From contig DASQSE010000016.1 of the NCBI GenBank assembly GCA_035642535.1, forward strand, positions 17,329 through 81,328: a stretch of 64,000 nt of DNA, read 5' to 3'. Below, one piece after another: positions 55,138-63,827 of this stretch. The notes under the pieces are model-generated. The model had not been told where the DNA came from. It ran no database searches and saw nothing but the letters and a program-made list of their open reading frames with translations. The position numbers and the translations under genes were made by a program. The number at the start of each line of letters is the position of its first letter. Position 1 is the first letter of the stretch. Source of the DNA: Jatrophihabitans sp. GTDB lineage: Bacteria; Actinomycetota; Actinomycetes; Mycobacteriales; Jatrophihabitantaceae.

Positions 55138-55977
55138 ATGGCAGCAGATTTGACCGGCATCGCTTCGACGCTCGGCGAGCGACGCCCGCAGGTGTTGGAC
55201 CGGTGGATCGACATCACCGCCGGGACGGTCCGCGGACGGATCACTCGCCCCGAGATGCAGGGCGAGATGGGCGCGCTGCTGGACGCCATCCTTTCCGGCA
55301 TGGGCGGTGGCAGCACGACCGCGACCGACGGTTTCGGCGAAGCGCGCGCGCTGCTCGCGGAACTGTCCCGCAGCCGCGCCCAACAGGGGTTCTCACCCTC
55401 GGAGACCGCCACGTCGGTGTTCGCGCTGAAGCAGGCCGCCCTGGATGTCATCGACGTCGAGGGCGGCGACGCCGTCGACTTCGTCAACTTCAACGCGCTG
55501 CTCGACGAGTTCGCGTTGATCACCTTTGAGACCTACGCCGAGGCCCGCGATCGCATCATCAACCAGCAGGCGGAGGAGATGCTCGAGCTCTCGACGCCCG
55601 TGGTCAAACTCTGGGAGGGCGTGCTCGCCGTCCCACTCGTCGGCACCCTCGACTCCGCTCGTACGCAGGTCGTCACGGAGAAGTTGCTGCAGACTCTCGT
55701 CGACACCGGCTCCGAGCACGCGATCATCGACATCACCGGCGTCTCCGCCGTTGACACCCAGGTCGCCCAGCACCTCCTCAAGACAGTCGTGGCCGCCCGG
55801 CTGATGGGTGCCGAGTGCATCATCTCCGGCATCCGTCCGCAGATCGCGCAGACGATCGTCGCGCTCGGCATCCAATTCGGCGACATCGCGACGAAGGCGA
55901 CATTGGCCGATGCGTTGCTTCTGGCACTGCGCAAGAGCGGCGTGAATATCCGCGCCAGGACTCCGGAGGCGCGGTAA
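55138..55977 (+). CDS. rsbR: Stressosome RsbR (globin-like N-domain + STAS)
   Basis: ELSTPVVKLWEGVLAVPLVGTLDS.R, IDITGV..VDTQVAQHL, GIRPQIAQTIV. Confidence 0.92.
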   Translation: MAADLTGIASTLGERRPQVLDRWIDITAGTVRGRITRPEMQGEMGALLDAILSGMGGGSTTATDGFGEARALLAELSRSRAQQGFSPSETATSVFALKQAALDVIDVEGGDAVDFVNFNALLDEFALITFETYAEARDRIINQQAEEMLELSTPVVKLWEGVLAVPLVGTLDSARTQVVTEKLLQTLVDTGSEHAIIDITGVSAVDTQVAQHLLKTVVAARLMGAECIISGIRPQIAQTIVALGIQFGDIATKATLADALLLALRKSGVNIRARTPEAR

Positions 55978-56378
55978 TGGACCGCGTTCCGATCCTCCGG
56001 CTCGGCCGCATCCTGCTCGTCTCCATCCAGGTCGATCTGCAGGATCAGACAGCGCTCGCCCTGCAGGAGGATCTTTCCGAGCGAATCGTCGACACCGGTG
56101 CGGTCGGCGTCCTGATCGACATCTCGGGCGTCGAGATCGTCGACAGCTTCATCGGCCGCATGCTGTCGACCATCGCATCCATCTCGCGAGTGCTCGACGC
56201 GGAGACCGTCGTCGTTGGCATGCGCCCCGCGGTCGCCATCACGTTGGTGGAGCTCGGGCTTTCGCTCGGCGGCGTGCGCACCGCCCTCGACGTCGAGAAG
56301 GGCATGCGGCTGCTGAGCGCCGACGAACCGGACGAGGTCGAAGTGAGCCGGTCCGCAGCGACCGTCGTGTCGGAATAG
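55977..56378 (+). CDS. rsbS: Stressosome RsbS (STAS)
   Basis: VPILRLG.ILLVSIQ, IDISGVEIVDSF (phospho-Ser), GMRPAVAITLVELG; TAATG coupling to rsbR. Confidence 0.92.
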   Translation: MDRVPILRLGRILLVSIQVDLQDQTALALQEDLSERIVDTGAVGVLIDISGVEIVDSFIGRMLSTIASISRVLDAETVVVGMRPAVAITLVELGLSLGGVRTALDVEKGMRLLSADEPDEVEVSRSAATVVSE

Positions 56379-56380
56379 CC

Positions 56381-56794
56381 GTGTCGACAGGGCCCATCTC
56401 GACGGAGACGATCGCGATCGCCGTCGACCAGGACGTCGTCCGCGTGCGCCAGGCGATGCGCAAGCTGGCGGTGGAGGCGGAGCTCTCGCTGGTCGACCAG
56501 ACAAAGGTCGTCACGGCGGCCAGCGAACTCGCCCGCAACACGCTGATTTACGGCGGCGGCGGCCGCGCGCTGCTGGAGGTCGTCACCCGCCGCGGCGGCC
56601 GCGGCGTGCGCGTGACTTTCTCCGATGAAGGCCCGGGGATCGCCGACATAGATCTCGCGCTGACCGACGGGTTCACCACTGGTAACGGGTTCGGGCTCGG
56701 GCTCTCCGGCACTCGCCGGCTCGTCGACGAATTCGACCTCGACAGTGCGCCCGGCAAAGGCACCAGCGTGACGATCACCAAGTGGGGCCGCTGA
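56381..56794 (+). CDS. rsbT: RsbT Ser/Thr switch kinase
   Basis: DVVRVRQ, TAASELARN, DEGPGI, TGNGFGLGLSG, GKGTSV. Confidence 0.92.
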   Translation: MSTGPISTETIAIAVDQDVVRVRQAMRKLAVEAELSLVDQTKVVTAASELARNTLIYGGGGRALLEVVTRRGGRGVRVTFSDEGPGIADIDLALTDGFTTGNGFGLGLSGTRRLVDEFDLDSAPGKGTSVTITKWGR

Positions 56795-56795
56795 G

Positions 56796-57809
56796 GTGGA
56801 CATCCTGCGGGCCGCGACCGACTGGTTCTCGATCGACAGCGACACCGCAGTCGGTTCGGTTCGTCGCGCCGGCATCAAGCTGGCGAACCAACTTGGGTTC
56901 ACCGAGCAGCGGGCGGCCGAGGTCGGCATCGTCGCAAGCGAGGTCACGTCCAACGTCTGGCGCCACGGTGGGCACGGCAGCGTCGCGGTGCGGACGGTGG
57001 TGGGCAGCGGCGTGGCAGGCGTCCAGCTCATCGGGATCGATCGCGGGCCGGGCATGGCGGACGTGCGGCAGTCCGGTGCCGACGGCCATTCGACGCGCGG
57101 CACGCTCGGCATCGGCCTGGGCGCGATCGAGCGGCTTTCCACGTCGTTCGATGTGAGCAGCCACCCCGGTGTCGGGACCGTCGTGGTCGCGACCCTGTGG
57201 CCCGCCGACAACGCGTCCGGCGACGAGGAACTGGACGTCGCCGCGCTCACCCGGCCCATCGACGGCGAGACGGCGTGCGGTGACGCCGTCGCCGCGCGCC
57301 GACACGACGGGCACCTGCTGGCTGTGGTCGCCGACGGCCTGGGCCATGGGCCGATGGCGGCAGCTGCCTCGATCGAAGCGCTGCGCGCGCTGCATGAATC
57401 CGCCTCGACCGATCCGGCGGAGCTGCTGAGCGCGATGCACGGCCGGCTCACCCACACCCGTGGCGCGGCCGTCGCCGTCGCGTCGATCGACCCGCAGTTC
57501 CGGCAGCTGCGCTTCGCCGGTGTCGGCAACATCGGCGCATTCGTCGACGACGGCGATCAGCGGCGCACGGCGCTGTCGCAGCCGGGGATCGTGGGTCACC
57601 GCTCGACGCAGGTGCGCGTCGTGGACTTCCAGCTCACCCAGCAGACCGTCGTGGTGATGCACAGTGACGGGATCCGCGATGGCTTCAACCTCCGCACCCT
57701 GCCGGGACTCGCCACCCGGCCGGCGGCGGTCATCGCCGCGACCGTGCTGCGCGACGCGGGATTGCGGCGCGACGACGCAGCGGTGCTGGTCGCCAGGCGG
57801 CGGCAGTGA
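56796..57809 (+). CDS. RsbT-like HATPase fused to a PP2C phosphatase (RsbX-like)
   Basis: SEVTSN, DRGPGM, TLGIGLG; CGD, VADGLGHG, GVGNI, HSDGI, DD. Confidence 0.88.
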   Translation: MDILRAATDWFSIDSDTAVGSVRRAGIKLANQLGFTEQRAAEVGIVASEVTSNVWRHGGHGSVAVRTVVGSGVAGVQLIGIDRGPGMADVRQSGADGHSTRGTLGIGLGAIERLSTSFDVSSHPGVGTVVVATLWPADNASGDEELDVAALTRPIDGETACGDAVAARRHDGHLLAVVADGLGHGPMAAAASIEALRALHESASTDPAELLSAMHGRLTHTRGAAVAVASIDPQFRQLRFAGVGNIGAFVDDGDQRRTALSQPGIVGHRSTQVRVVDFQLTQQTVVVMHSDGIRDGFNLRTLPGLATRPAAVIAATVLRDAGLRRDDAAVLVARRRQ

Positions 57810-59548
57810 GCATCGACCTCGCCCAGTTGCGGATCGAGACCGAGTCGGACGTCTTCTCGGCCCGGCGGGAGGTACGCGATGTCGCCGCGGAGCTCGGCTT
57901 CGACAGCACCGACCAGGTCCGGGTGGCCAGCGCGGTCAGCGACTGGGGGCGGATCCTCGTGAGCAGCGCCGCACCGGCTTTGCTGCGCTTCGAGTTGGAC
58001 GCCGATCCGAAGTCATTTGTCGTGCGCATCACCGTCGACGACCCGGAGGGCTTCGCACGCGTCAGCGTGGACTCCGTCGTGGTTCGCGCCAGCGGACGCC
58101 TGATGGACGGCGTCGACATCCAGGACACGGCGCGCACCGTCCGGCTGGCGAAGCGGCTGCCGTCGGCGAACTGGCCGTCGCAGCAAACAGTGGCGAAGCT
58201 GCAGACACGCCACGCGCAGCCCGTGCGGACCTCACCGCTGGACGATCTTCAGGCGCAGAACGCGGAGCTACTGCTCACTCTCGAGCAGCTGAAGGCGCAA
58301 CAGGAGGATCTCGTCCGCGTCAACGAGGAGTTGCAGGAGACCAACCGCGGTGTGATGGCGATGTACACACAGTTGTCCACGGAGCTCGAAGAGACCAACC
58401 GTGGAGTCGTCGCGCTCTACGCCGAACTCGACGAGCGCGGCGCGCAGTTGCGTGAGGCGAGCAACGCCAAGAGCCGCTTCCTCGCGAGCGTGAGCCACGA
58501 GCTGCGCAGCCCGCTGAATTCGATCGTCGCCCTCACCAAGCTGTTGCGCGAACCCGACTCCGACCCGCTGACAGGCGAGCAGGACAACCAGCTGCGGTTG
58601 ATCCAGTCAGCAGCAGCGCAGTTGCAGGGCATGGTCGACGAGCTCCTTGACCTCGCGAAAGCCGAGGCCGGGCGGCTCGAGCCGCAGCTCACCGAGGTGG
58701 ACGTAGCCGGCCTGGTCAACGACATGTGCACGAGCTTGCGCCCGATCACCCCTCCGGCTGTCGAGCTGGTCGCCCGTGCGCCGGCCGATCTACCGCCGCT
58801 GCGCACCGATCCGCTGCTGCTCGGCCAGGTCCTGCGCAACTTGCTCAGCAACGCGCTCAAGTTCACCGAGTCCGGGCAGGTCACGATTATCGTCAACCGA
58901 CCCACGCCCGAGCTGGTGAGCTTCGCCGTCGCCGACAGCGGCATCGGCATCGCCGCAGCGGACGTCGACCTCGTGTTCGAGGAGTTCTTCCAGGTTCCGG
59001 GCCCGCTGCAGGTGCGGTCGAGGGGCACCGGACTCGGGCTCCCCTACGCGCGGCGCGTGGTGGGTTTGCTGGGCGGCGCGCTTGCACTGACCAGCACACC
59101 GGGGACGGGCAGCACGTTCAGTTTCAGCCTGCCGCTCACGCCCGAGGCGCCCGCGGCACCGCAGTCGCTGCCCGCGCTCGGCACCGTTCTGGTCGTGGAC
59201 GACGAGCTGGGCTTCCGGCACTTCCTCCGCGCCCTGCTCGACGGCGCCGCAACCAGGATCGTCGAGGCCGACGGCGTCGGCGCGGCGTTGCTTCGGCTGC
59301 AGGAATCGACGCCGGACCTCGTACTACTCGACCTCCGGATGCCCGACGGGTCCGGCGAACGGGTGCTGGCGGAAATGGCCGCTCAGGAATCCCTGCGCGA
59401 GATCCCGATCGTCATAATCACGTCCATGACGCCGACGGCAGAGGCCGCGTCATCGTCAGGCGGATGGCCGGTCCTGAACAAGTCCGAGCTGACCGCGAGC
59501 ACCCTGGCGGTCGCCGTCAGGGCCGCGCTGGAAGACGGCGCACGATGA
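57806..59548 (+). CDS. Hybrid histidine kinase (degenerate RsbT-like N-domain, coiled coil, HisKA, HATPase, REC)
   Basis: VSHELRSPL H-box, NLLSNALKFT, DSGIGI, GTGLGL; C-terminal VVDD...LLDLRMPD. Confidence 0.9.
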   Translation: MSIDLAQLRIETESDVFSARREVRDVAAELGFDSTDQVRVASAVSDWGRILVSSAAPALLRFELDADPKSFVVRITVDDPEGFARVSVDSVVVRASGRLMDGVDIQDTARTVRLAKRLPSANWPSQQTVAKLQTRHAQPVRTSPLDDLQAQNAELLLTLEQLKAQQEDLVRVNEELQETNRGVMAMYTQLSTELEETNRGVVALYAELDERGAQLREASNAKSRFLASVSHELRSPLNSIVALTKLLREPDSDPLTGEQDNQLRLIQSAAAQLQGMVDELLDLAKAEAGRLEPQLTEVDVAGLVNDMCTSLRPITPPAVELVARAPADLPPLRTDPLLLGQVLRNLLSNALKFTESGQVTIIVNRPTPELVSFAVADSGIGIAAADVDLVFEEFFQVPGPLQVRSRGTGLGLPYARRVVGLLGGALALTSTPGTGSTFSFSLPLTPEAPAAPQSLPALGTVLVVDDELGFRHFLRALLDGAATRIVEADGVGAALLRLQESTPDLVLLDLRMPDGSGERVLAEMAAQESLREIPIVIITSMTPTAEAASSSGGWPVLNKSELTASTLAVAVRAALEDGAR

Positions 59549-61113
59549 CGTCGGGCTCGGCGCCGACCGGCACTATTCTGCTCGTCGACGACGTCGAGGG
59601 CGGTCGGGTGGTGTTCGCCAGCTGGCTGCGGCGCGCCGGGCACACGGTCATCGAGGCTGACACCGGCGCGGCGGCGTTGGACGCCGTGGCCCAGCACAGC
59701 ATCGATCTCGTCATCCTCGACATCCACCTCCCGGACATGTCGGGCTTCGAGGTCCGCGAGCAGGTCAAGGGCAACCGGGCCACGTCGGCCATCCCGATCC
59801 TGCACATCTCGGCGACCGCAACCGATCCCGCCGATCGGTCGGTGGCGCTGAACGCGGGCGCCGACGGCTACCTCTTCGAGCCGGTCGAGCGCGATGAGCT
59901 GTTGGCGACGGTGTCGTCGCTGCTGCGCTATCACGAGGCACGGCGCACCGCCGAGCGGCTGGCCCTCCGGCTCGAGCGACTGCACGAGGCAACCCTGCTG
60001 ATGAGCGCGGCATCCACGCTGACCGAGTTGCTGCAGTTCGCGTGCACCGGCCTCGTCTCGGTGTTCGGCGCACCGGTCGTGGTCGCACTGTCGATGGACA
60101 CCGTCGGCCGCGTCGCCCAAGCCGGGCCCAACAGCGTGGACCCGGTGGTCAAGGACTGCCGGGTCGCCGACGTCGCAGAATTGGCGGGGCACGTGAGCGC
60201 GGGCCGTCCGCCGCAGGTGAGTCACCTCGGCGCCGAGGTGCCTGCCGGGACGGTGCCCCCGATGGGATGCGCCATCACGAGCCCGCGCGGGGAGCAGGCT
60301 GGTGCGGCGCTGGTGTTCATGCCGGTGCCGGCGCCGGACGACATGCTCATGCTCGACCAGTTCGCCCAGGCGCTCGCAGTGACGTTGGAGAAGCAGCGGC
60401 TGTTCACCGTGGAGCACAAGATCGCGCTGACGCTCCAGCGCGCAATGCTTCCCGCGTCGATCCCCCAGGTCGACTACCTGCAGGTGGCGGTGCGCTACCT
60501 CGCGGCCAGCGACACCGCGGAGATCGGCGGCGACTTCTACGAGGCACTCGCAGTGGACAGCGATCGCATGCTGCTGGCCGTCGGCGACGTTGTGGGTCAC
60601 TCACTGCAAGCCGCGACGGTGATGGCCGAACTGCGGCACTCGTTGCGTGCGTTGGCGGGGATCGGCATGACGGCCGCCGAGATCATGCAGCGGCTGGATC
60701 TGATACTCCAGGAGTCACATCCGGGTATGACCGCAACGGTGTGTATTGCAGAGGTGCACAGGGACGGCACGGTCGCGGTGACCAACGCGGGGCATATTCC
60801 TCCGGTGATCGCCGAGGCGGGTGCCGTGCGCGTCGTCGACGTACACGGCCCGCTCCTGGGCCTGCACGGCTCAGGTCCGATCCCCACGCACCACGTCAAC
60901 CTGGCTCCCGATGGCACCCTCGTCCTGCTCACCGACGGCCTGATCGAACGCAGGAACGAAGACCTCCAGATAGGGCTGGCGAGGCTGGCCGACTGCTTGG
61001 CGAACGGCCCCCCCGACGCGGAGCAGGCATGCGACAAGGTCCTTGCCGAACTGACCGATTCGCAGGCGCTGTTCGACGACATTGCACTCGTCGCGGCCCG
61101 CAGGATCCGATGA
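59545..61113 (+). CDS. Response-regulator receiver + PP2C (SpoIIE/RsbU/RsbP-like) phosphatase
   Basis: LLVDD...ILDIHLPD; LQRAMLP, IGGDFY, VGDVVGH, NAGH.PP, TDGLIE, DDIALV. Confidence 0.9.
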   Translation: MTSGSAPTGTILLVDDVEGGRVVFASWLRRAGHTVIEADTGAAALDAVAQHSIDLVILDIHLPDMSGFEVREQVKGNRATSAIPILHISATATDPADRSVALNAGADGYLFEPVERDELLATVSSLLRYHEARRTAERLALRLERLHEATLLMSAASTLTELLQFACTGLVSVFGAPVVVALSMDTVGRVAQAGPNSVDPVVKDCRVADVAELAGHVSAGRPPQVSHLGAEVPAGTVPPMGCAITSPRGEQAGAALVFMPVPAPDDMLMLDQFAQALAVTLEKQRLFTVEHKIALTLQRAMLPASIPQVDYLQVAVRYLAASDTAEIGGDFYEALAVDSDRMLLAVGDVVGHSLQAATVMAELRHSLRALAGIGMTAAEIMQRLDLILQESHPGMTATVCIAEVHRDGTVAVTNAGHIPPVIAEAGAVRVVDVHGPLLGLHGSGPIPTHHVNLAPDGTLVLLTDGLIERRNEDLQIGLARLADCLANGPPDAEQACDKVLAELTDSQALFDDIALVAARRIR

Positions 61114-61532
61114 CGTCGCCCTCGTCCCGAGCTCCCGGAGCCGGCCAAGGATGGCGGCAGATCGCGCTGCCCGACAGCCTCGAGGCGCCGGCCATGGCCC
61201 GGCGCTGGCTGCGGGACGAGATCACCACTGCCCCGCCGGACCTCCGGGACACTGCGGCGCTGCTCGTCTCCGAACTGGTCACCAACGCCGTGCTCTACGG
61301 CCGGCCGGCGGTGACTGCGCGGATGTGGCAGGCGGACGGGACGGTCGAAGTCGTGGTCACGGACGACGGGGAGACCATCCCCGACACGCCGGACGGCACC
61401 CGGCCCGATCCGCGCCGGACCGGCGGGCGTGGCCTGTTCGTCGTCGCCGAGTTGGCCGCCGAGTGGGGTATCCAGCCATTGCAGCCCGGTCCGGGCAAGG
61501 CAGTGTGGTTCCGGCTCCGCTCGCGGTCCTAG
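61110..61532 (+). CDS. HATPase_c_2 anti-sigma factor-like protein (RsbW-like)
   Basis: ARRWL, LVSELVTNAV, VTDDG, GGRGL, WG...GKAVWF. Confidence 0.88.
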   Translation: MTSPSSRAPGAGQGWRQIALPDSLEAPAMARRWLRDEITTAPPDLRDTAALLVSELVTNAVLYGRPAVTARMWQADGTVEVVVTDDGETIPDTPDGTRPDPRRTGGRGLFVVAELAAEWGIQPLQPGPGKAVWFRLRSRS

Positions 61533-61550
61533 CGCCCTGCTCACAAAGAC

Positions 61551-61592
61551 TTGACATTGCAATATCTTCCGTGAAGACTATTGCCACAGCAA
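61551..61592 (+). promoter_or_regulatory. Orphan promoter/operator
   Basis: TTGACA at 61551-61556, 17 nt, then AAGACT; inverted repeat GCAATA-TCTTC / GAAGA-C-TATTGC at 61559-61584; TTGC-N4-GCAA at 61581-61592; locally AT-rich. Confidence 0.55.
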
Positions 61593-61731
61593 CGATGGCC
61601 CGGGTGGACGCGGGGGATCAGCCCGAGCATCGCGCGTTGCCGCTGGCACAGCGGAACGTGGCACGCGAGTTGCTTACGTGGCCCTGTCTGCGCCGGTCTG
61701 GCCGGACGGGGTCGCGTGCTGCGGGGGGCAA

Positions 61732-61764
61732 GCGGTTGGGACGTCCGGTCGGCGTCCCACCCGC
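61732..61764. terminator. Stem-loop terminator
   Basis: GCGGTTGGGACG / CGTCCCACCCGC 12-bp stem with one mismatch, just past the MFS stop. Confidence 0.6.
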
Positions 61765-61772
61765 TCGCGCAA

Positions 61773-63029
61773 CTAGTCGGCCGATGCCACGCGTGTCTGC
61801 CAGAGCGCGACGGCGCCGGCGAGCGCGGCGAGCACACCGGCGATCACGCCCACCGCGGCGGTGAGCGAGACGTACTCGTTCAACAGTCCGCTGCCGACAA
61901 CCGCGACCGCCAACAACGCGTAGATGCATGCGATGAACGCGGCGCTTACCTCGCCGCGGCGTTTCTGCGGCGCGATCTCGTTCAGCTCCTGCTGGGCGTT
62001 GAGGAACGCGAGGCCGTGCCCGACACCCGCGGCGACTGCGCTCGCGATCATGAGCGGTAGCGAGTGCAGGGGCGCGGCGATCACCAAAGCGACGAGGCCG
62101 GCGGCGAGCAGCGCCAGGCCGATTGCCTCGTCGCGGGCGGGCCGGCTGCGGTGGTACGTGACCGCGATCTGCGCCGCGCACGATGCAAGGAGCGCGACCG
62201 CGGCGATCACCGCGAGCAGCGCCAGGTTGTCGGTGTTCAAAAGCATGCCGGCGTAGGACGGGACGATCGACAGGAACAGCGCCATCGCGGCCCACACAAC
62301 GGCGGAGGTCAGGCTGACGCGCAAGAACGGACGCCTGATGTGGGCGGGTACCCGTGGCCACTCGATGCGCCAGCGTTCGCGATCTTGCGCAGCCGGCTCC
62401 GGCAGCCGCAGGATGAGCACACCGGCGCACCCGGTCAGAACGAGCCCGGCCAGATAACACAGGTGCTGCGGCTGTGGTGCCCATTGCGCCAGGACACCGG
62501 CCAGCAGCGGGCCGGTAGCACTGCCGCCCGCCTGAGCCAGCCCGGCCAACAAGGCCGCGCGGCGCCGACTCCCTGCCGGATCGACCTCGACCAGTGCGGC
62601 CGTCGCCGCGCTGCTGATCGTGCCCACCGCCAAGCCCTGCAGAGCGCGCGCCGCGAACAGCCACGACACGCTCTGTGCCGCGGCGAACAACACCAGGCCG
62701 CCACACGCGACGATCAGCCCGGCCAGCATCACGGGCCGGCGCCCGAACCGATCGGAGAGCCGTCCGAAGAGGATCAGGGCCGGCACCAGCACGATCGCGT
62801 ACGTCGCGAACACCGAGGTGAGTGTCAGGCTGGAGAAGCCGAACCGCTGCGCGTACACGGCATACAGCGGGGTGGCCAGATTCGCGCCGGCCATCAGCAC
62901 CAGCCAGGCCGCCCATACGATCAGGCTCGGGGCGAGCCCGGCAGATCGGCTACCCGACGTCTCCTGCGGGCGGGTCGCGATCAGCTGCGTTCGATCAGCC
63001 ACCCCAAGCGGGTACCCGGCGCGCCGCAC
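61773..63029 (-). CDS. MFS transporter
   Basis: ANLATPLYAVY, FGRLSDRFGRRPV, ARALQGLAVG; 12-TM pattern. Confidence 0.9.
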   Translation of the reverse strand: MRRAGYPLGVADRTQLIATRPQETSGSRSAGLAPSLIVWAAWLVLMAGANLATPLYAVYAQRFGFSSLTLTSVFATYAIVLVPALILFGRLSDRFGRRPVMLAGLIVACGGLVLFAAAQSVSWLFAARALQGLAVGTISSAATAALVEVDPAGSRRRAALLAGLAQAGGSATGPLLAGVLAQWAPQPQHLCYLAGLVLTGCAGVLILRLPEPAAQDRERWRIEWPRVPAHIRRPFLRVSLTSAVVWAAMALFLSIVPSYAGMLLNTDNLALLAVIAAVALLASCAAQIAVTYHRSRPARDEAIGLALLAAGLVALVIAAPLHSLPLMIASAVAAGVGHGLAFLNAQQELNEIAPQKRRGEVSAAFIACIYALLAVAVVGSGLLNEYVSLTAAVGVIAGVLAALAGAVALWQTRVASAD

Positions 63030-63053
63030 CGGCGAAACGATCAGCTGCGGAGG

Positions 63054-63773
63054 TCACCGGCCTGGCTCACGTGGCGCCAGGATCGCGCCGACCACCGCGG
63101 TGGTGTCGGCCAGCGACGGCAACACCACGTCCGCGCCGGCGGCGCGTAACTCGGCCACGCTGAACGGGCCGGTCGCCACCGCGACGGCACGCGCGCCGGC
63201 TCGCGTGCCGGTGGCGACGTCCAGCAGCGTGTCGCCGACAATGACCGTGTCGCTGCCGCTGAAGCGATGTCCGGTTTGGCGATGCGCGCGGTCCCACGCA
63301 TGCTGCAACAGTTCGGTGCGCTCGATCGCGTCCCCGCCGTAGGCGCCCAGGCGCAGGTCAAGGTAATCGGCCAGCCCGAACAGCGACAGCTTCAACGCGG
63401 CGAGCGGGTACAGATTGCCGGTCAGCACCGACTGGTACGTGCCCTCGGCGGCCCGGCACGCCCGCAGCGCCGCTTCGGCGCCGTCCAGCACCCGACCGTT
63501 GCGGCGGATCTGATCGGCGCGCTCGCTCAGTTCGGCGACGACCTGCTCGAGGAACGCCGCCACCAGCCCCGGCGTCGGCTCCACCCCGTGCGCGCGCAGT
63601 ACCTCTCTGACCGCAGCCAACTCGGTGCGTCCGTTGAACTGCCAGGGGTGCTCGAGCTGGTGGCCGACGGTACGAAGAAACGCCGCTGCGTAGGCCTGGC
63701 GCGTCGTGCCACCCGCCTCGATCAGCGTCTGATCGATGTCCCACAGAATCAAGCGGGCGGCATGGCGACTCAT
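63054..63773 (-). CDS. HAD family hydrolase
   Basis: ILWDIDQTL, LTGN, GAYGGD, IVGDTLLD. Confidence 0.88.
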   Translation of the reverse strand: MSRHAARLILWDIDQTLIEAGGTTRQAYAAAFLRTVGHQLEHPWQFNGRTELAAVREVLRAHGVEPTPGLVAAFLEQVVAELSERADQIRRNGRVLDGAEAALRACRAAEGTYQSVLTGNLYPLAALKLSLFGLADYLDLRLGAYGGDAIERTELLQHAWDRAHRQTGHRFSGSDTVIVGDTLLDVATGTRAGARAVAVATGPFSVAELRAAGADVVLPSLADTTAVVGAILAPREPGR

Positions 63774-63827
63774 CGCGACCGATCGTCCACGTATCCGCGC
63801 CACCGCGCATCTGCCAATTTAGTGAAC

